Origin: an uncultured Ignavibacteriaceae bacterium
GTDB taxonomy: Bacteria > Bacteroidota > Ignavibacteria > Ch128b
Length of the DNA: 64,000 nucleotides
Assembly (NCBI GenBank): GCA_964527925.1
Contig: CAZGQO010000001.1
Span: forward strand, 324,808 to 388,807
Reading direction: 5' to 3'
Translations under genes and position numbers: made by a program
The notes under the pieces: model-generated
Database searches by the model: none
Seen by the model: only the letters and a program-made list of their open reading frames with translations
What the model was told of the DNA's origin: nothing
In this document: positions 60,548-64,000 of the stretch, one piece after another
Numbering within the stretch: the stretch's first letter is position 1
How the letters are laid out: the number at the start of each line of letters is the position of its first letter

Positions 60548-61682
60548 TTACTTTAGTTCCAGCAGGAATTCCTCAGCGGGAACAATAGAAATTCCATCTA
60601 TTAACAATCTTTCTTTTCCACAATAAATAAGGAATCTCTTAGCTTCAGGATAATCTTCACCAAATGATTTGAGTGATCTTAACATTTGTGGATGAATCGT
60701 ATTGGTGTTTTTCACCTCTATTGCATAAAAAATATCTTCGTCATAAATAACAAAATCTATTTCATCTCCAGAGAAAGTTCTCCAATAGTATAGCTTCGCA
60801 TCTGGATGAAAATAATCAATCCATGCTCGTAGATGTTGCGCTACAAAACCCTCAAATGCAGCACCTGATTTTTCATCAGGTCTATCAAGAGGACCAGAAG
60901 GTCTAAGCGTATTATAAATACCCGCATCAAAAAAATAAAATTTAGGATGGGAGGCTACATTCCTTTTCATCCTTCGCGAAAATATGGGAACTCTATGACC
61001 TAAAAGTAGGTCTTCTAAAATTGTGATATAGCCTTCAACTACTTTACTTTCTATCTGACACTCTCAGGCTACACTACTGATATTTAATACAGCACTATGA
61101 GAAAAGCTAATTGCTTCTAAAAATCTTGTGAAGTTTCCAATATTTCTTGTAAGTCCTTCCATCTGAACTTCTTCTTTAACATAAAGATTTACATAAGCGT
61201 GAAGTGTTTATTTTGGATCCTCACTCCTAAAAATGAGAGGAATAGTACCTATTTGTAAGGATCTGTCCAGTTCAAATTTTTCTTTGAGTTCAGCTGCAAC
61301 AAAAGGGTGCATTTGTTTTAATTAATGCTCTACCAGCCAACAAGTTCACACCTCCCTTTCGTAGTTTGCGAGCACTTGAACCTGTCATTATAAACTGAAT
61401 GCCTCGCTTTTCTTCAATTAAACTGTGGACTACTTCGATAAGCTGTGGTGCTTTTTGTATCTCATCTATGACCACTGTCTTTTTATCTTTATGAGCTTCA
61501 ACTAATTCTTTTAATCTTTCTGGTCGGGCAGTGTAGTTCCTGTAGACATCAGGAAACAGCAGGTCAACATAGATTGCATCAGGGTAATTTTGTTTAATAA
61601 AAGTAGATTTACCTGTTCCCTAAGGTCCGAAAAGGAAGAAACTATTTTTTTCTGGTTTTAATAATCGTTCTATTAATTCCAT
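60548..61682 (-). pseudogene. Disrupted COG1373/DUF4143 AAA+ ATPase gene
   Basis: N-terminus MELIERLLKPEKNSFFLFGP*GTGKSTFIK has a TAG stop inside the Walker A motif. VVIDEIQKAPQLIEVVHSL...FIMTGSS AAA region follows, then at least one frameshift and two more in-frame stops. The C-terminal DUF4143-like part (track ORF 60548-60970) is in another frame. Confidence 0.65.
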
Positions 61683-61836
61683 TTTTAGTCCCATTTTGGA
61701 ATCATCACTTCCAAAATTAAGCTAAATTTTGATAGTATTAAAAATTTTTAATACTTGAAAGGGTAGATCAATGAATCTAATTTTTGATATTAATAAACTC
61801 AAATAAATAATGATGCAATGTATGGTTAATCATTTC

Positions 61837-61854
61837 AGCCGCTAATTCACGAAT
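61837..61854. repeat. 18-bp direct repeat AGCCGCTAATTCACGAAT, copy B (hairpin-forming)
   Basis: See copy A. Hairpin stem 61840-61849 / 61858-61867 with an 8-nt loop. Confidence 0.5.
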
Positions 61855-62010
61855 ATTTTGAATTAGCGTTCTAACGGTCATAATTCTTTTTTATTTGATT
61901 TATAGAGCAAGATTATTGAAATTGATGAATTTAAAAATTGAAACTCATATTACCTGAATAGTGGATACTCATTCCAGATTTTAACCCTAAAAAATCTGCC
62001 ATTTTCTGTC

Positions 62011-62680
62011 TTACTTCTTTTTACTTCGTCTGCACCCCAACTGCCCCATTGTTTGAAAAAGCAAGCAACATTTTGTTGTTTGCACTGATAAAAAATTTCT
62101 TCAACCTACAGTTGTTTTATTGGTCTTGCTTGCCGTCCAGATTCTCCACCAACTATCGTACAATGAATTCCATTTAAATTTAATTTACCAACTGAACCTA
62201 TAAGTGGTTCAAATGAGATAAATCTTACTTTTGCTTTTATTTTTTTTAAAGAATCTATCCTTTTCTTGAATGTTGCATTCTCAACGCTAACACCCAACCA
62301 AACATTTTCGAGCACTTTTCTATCGGAAAAATGCTCTACCATTATTTTATCCCGCTTTGTCAGAATTTGATAAATATGCTGTGGAGTCTTTCTAATTACA
62401 TCAAAAATCATATCCAGATATTCAAAAGGCATTTCTTCATGAAAAAGATCACTCATTGAATTTACAAAAAATTTAGTCGGCTTTTTAATTTTCAATGGTT
62501 CTTCAAGTCTGTGTACAAAATTTTGAATTTAAAACCATCTTTATAATCTTCTAATCCCATTGACTTTAATCTATTTGCAAGGACTTCTGCATAACAAAAC
62601 TTACAACCTGCAGAAACTTTATCACATCCAATAGAAGGATTCCATACTTTTTCTGTCCATTTGATTTTTGTGGTCTTCAT
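62011..62680 (-). pseudogene. Frameshifted phage Gp37/Gp68-family (PF07505/DUF5131) gene
   Basis: MKTTKIKWTEKVWNPSIGCDKVSAGCKFCYAE (family N-terminal signature) is in one frame and the ...CTIVGGESGRQARP segment in a second. The C-terminal ...CLLFQTMGQLG (FFKQWG-like) part is in a third frame. Confidence 0.6.
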
Positions 62681-62765
62681 AAAATTTTGCTTTCTAATAT
62701 AGATATATACATTATATTTGTAGTAATCCAGAATATCTGGAGGTGGAAGGACTTAAAATCCTTTG

Positions 62766-62786
62766 CCCCGAGAAATCGGGGTTTTT
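62766..62786 (+). terminator. Orphan plus-strand intrinsic terminator (CCCCGA-gaaa-TCGGGG + TTTTTATTTTT)
   Basis: Perfect 6-bp GC-rich stem with a GNRA-like loop and a T-tract on the plus strand only. There is no plus-strand CDS upstream. Confidence 0.4.
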
Positions 62787-62790
62787 ATTT

Positions 62791-63577
62791 TTACGGCAAA
62801 AGTTTTATTCCATATCCTTCAACATTGCCAGATTTACCCCTATAATATTTTTTCTCAATCACATCAATAATTTTATCACCAAATGAATATTTTTTTCCTT
62901 CATTTATTTATACCATATTTTCTAAACATATACCTTCGTGATGGATGGGCAATCAAATCTGCCAATTGTAAGCAGGAGATATTTAATAGTTTAGTCTTTA
63001 CTTTTAATTCTTTACTTGTCAATCAATTCTGAATTCGTTTAGCTTCAATAAATTGAGTGCCATCCATAAAAATGCTTGTGTAAGATTTTTTTAATCTCAT
63101 ATCTTCTTTACCCCCGCGTGATTCCACCATTACCTCACCTGTGGAATTATTTGCATCAAGAAAAAAGAAAAAACGTTCTAGAATAATTTCCAAACAATAA
63201 TGATAAGGATCATATTTCCATGTATGATATTTAGTTTTGTGTTCCAGTTTATCAAGTAAAACTGATATAACTACAAATTTTAAGTCAGATAAAAGTGCGA
63301 GAAAATAAGATTCAAATTTATTGTTTATTTCCTCATCTCTTAAGACATTAAAAGGATACCTTTTATTAACAATATCTTTTCTATGAAGAATTACAGGTTC
63401 ATCAGGATGATATGGGAAATATTTTTGCTTTAACTTTTCTAATTCTGGTGTGACTGTTGATTTGACATAATCCAAATCGAAGATTAATCCAGTTAAGCTC
63501 AAATATCGGTGATTAGGATCAATAGAACTATCTAAATCGTTATTTCCTACTTCATCAATATAAGTTCTATATTTCAC
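62791..63577 (-). pseudogene. Frameshifted DUF3800-family gene
   Basis: The 184-aa ORF starts MKYRTYIDEVGNN (a DESG-like motif). The conserved C-terminal LADLIAHPSRRY motif and the terminal ...KKYYRGKSGNVEGYGIKLLP segment lie downstream in two other frames. Confidence 0.4.
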
Positions 63578-63623
63578 AGGATAAGTGTTTTATTAATTTC
63601 TTTAAATAATTTATAAATCCTTT

Positions 63624-64000
63624 TTAACTTCTTTTGGATAATATTGAAATTAATTCTCCAATGTTCTTATTTAATTCTTTAAAATATTTTTCTACTACAG
63701 ACTCATATTCCGGCAATAAACGGTTAAAAAATTGGTCTATTGTGAGTTCTAATTTTTGTGATAATTTTTTCCCAGTCAAATTTTCATAGTCTAATGTTAT
63801 TAAATATTTCGTTGGAATCTTATTTTGTTTGTAAAGTTTAGAAGACTTTGAAGTTAATCCTACCAAAATACGATATTCTCTATTTGGGGCTAAGTGTATA
63901 CCCATTTGATTAATTGCATTTTTCAAAAAATAGTCTTTGATTTTTTCATCTACTAAATCAAGGTCTGGGGTTATAGTTAATGTTATATTTTTTGCAAGGC
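63624..64000 (-). CDS. Hypothetical protein (partial; ORF open to the window end)
   Basis: The frame continues upstream of the track Met with no stop up to position 64000 (..LAKNITLTITPDLDLVDEKIKDYFLKNAINQMGIHL..). No recognisable domain. Confidence 0.3.
   Translation of the reverse strand, partial: LAKNITLTITPDLDLVDEKIKDYFLKNAINQMGIHLAPNREYRILVGLTSKSSKLYKQNKIPTKYLITLDYENLTGKKLSQKLELTIDQFFNRLLPEYESVVEKYFKELNKNIGELISILSKRS

Overview
AT-rich (~30% GC) bacterial chromosomal window. GGAGG/AGAGG Shine-Dalgarno sequences sit ahead of ftsZ, secA, glnB and greA, so the organism uses SD-dependent initiation. The phylum cannot be fixed from sequence alone; it may be an Ignavibacteria- or Chlorobi-like FCB-group organism. 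Almost every gene is on the minus strand. Layout: (1) 1-12.3 kb, a Wzx/Wzy-type surface polysaccharide locus: GT2 (partial), GT4, Wzy-like polymerase, Wzx flippase, GT4, Wzz, Wza-like exporter, WecB epimerase, nucleotide-sugar dehydrogenase, RfbB and an outer-membrane beta-barrel protein. (2) 12.3-13.0 kb, a HAD hydrolase. (3) 13.1-30.6 kb, a complete dcw division/cell-wall cluster: mraZ-rsmH-ftsL-ftsI-murE-murF-mraY-murD-ftsW-murG-[extra small membrane protein]-murC-murB-ftsQ-ftsA-ftsZ. It has no ddl, the FtsI carries a C-terminal PASTA domain, candidate MraZ operator repeats lie upstream, and an intrinsic terminator follows ftsZ. (4) 30.9-34.1 kb, a TonB-dependent receptor with a lipoprotein and a small His-rich secreted protein. 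(5) 34.2-38.1 kb, a plus-strand rlmN-aguB-aguA-eamA operon (agmatine to putrescine). (6) 38.2-41.8 kb, an AlbA_2/HTH regulator, mtgA and a large TPR lipoprotein. (7) 41.9-44.3 kb, an accessory-looking islet: a beta-class (SPPY) DNA methyltransferase preceded in the same frame by two small ORFs separated only by single TAA codons (possible interrupted restriction gene), plus two small orphan ORFs. (8) 44.4-52.9 kb: secA with a PII (glnB) gene 14 nt behind it, divergent from glnE, which overlaps by 4 nt a DUF2723 (TMEM260-like GT-C) membrane protein. (9) 53.0-60.2 kb: lipoprotein, polyprenol-kinase/CdsA-family protein, ftsH, hpt, tilS, a class-A beta-lactamase-like hydrolase and greA, with a GraL-like leader terminator in front of greA. 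(10) 60.5-64.0 kb, a decayed mobile or phage-derived island: three multiply disrupted pseudogenes (COG1373/DUF4143 AAA ATPase, phage Gp37/Gp68, DUF3800), an 18-bp direct repeat flanking the ATPase remnant and an orphan plus-strand terminator. No rRNA, tRNA, CRISPR array or intact transposase/integrase was seen. I could not identify a clearly novel, intact multi-gene system; the best candidates for follow-up are the 41.9-44.3 kb methyltransferase islet and the 60.5-64 kb decayed island.
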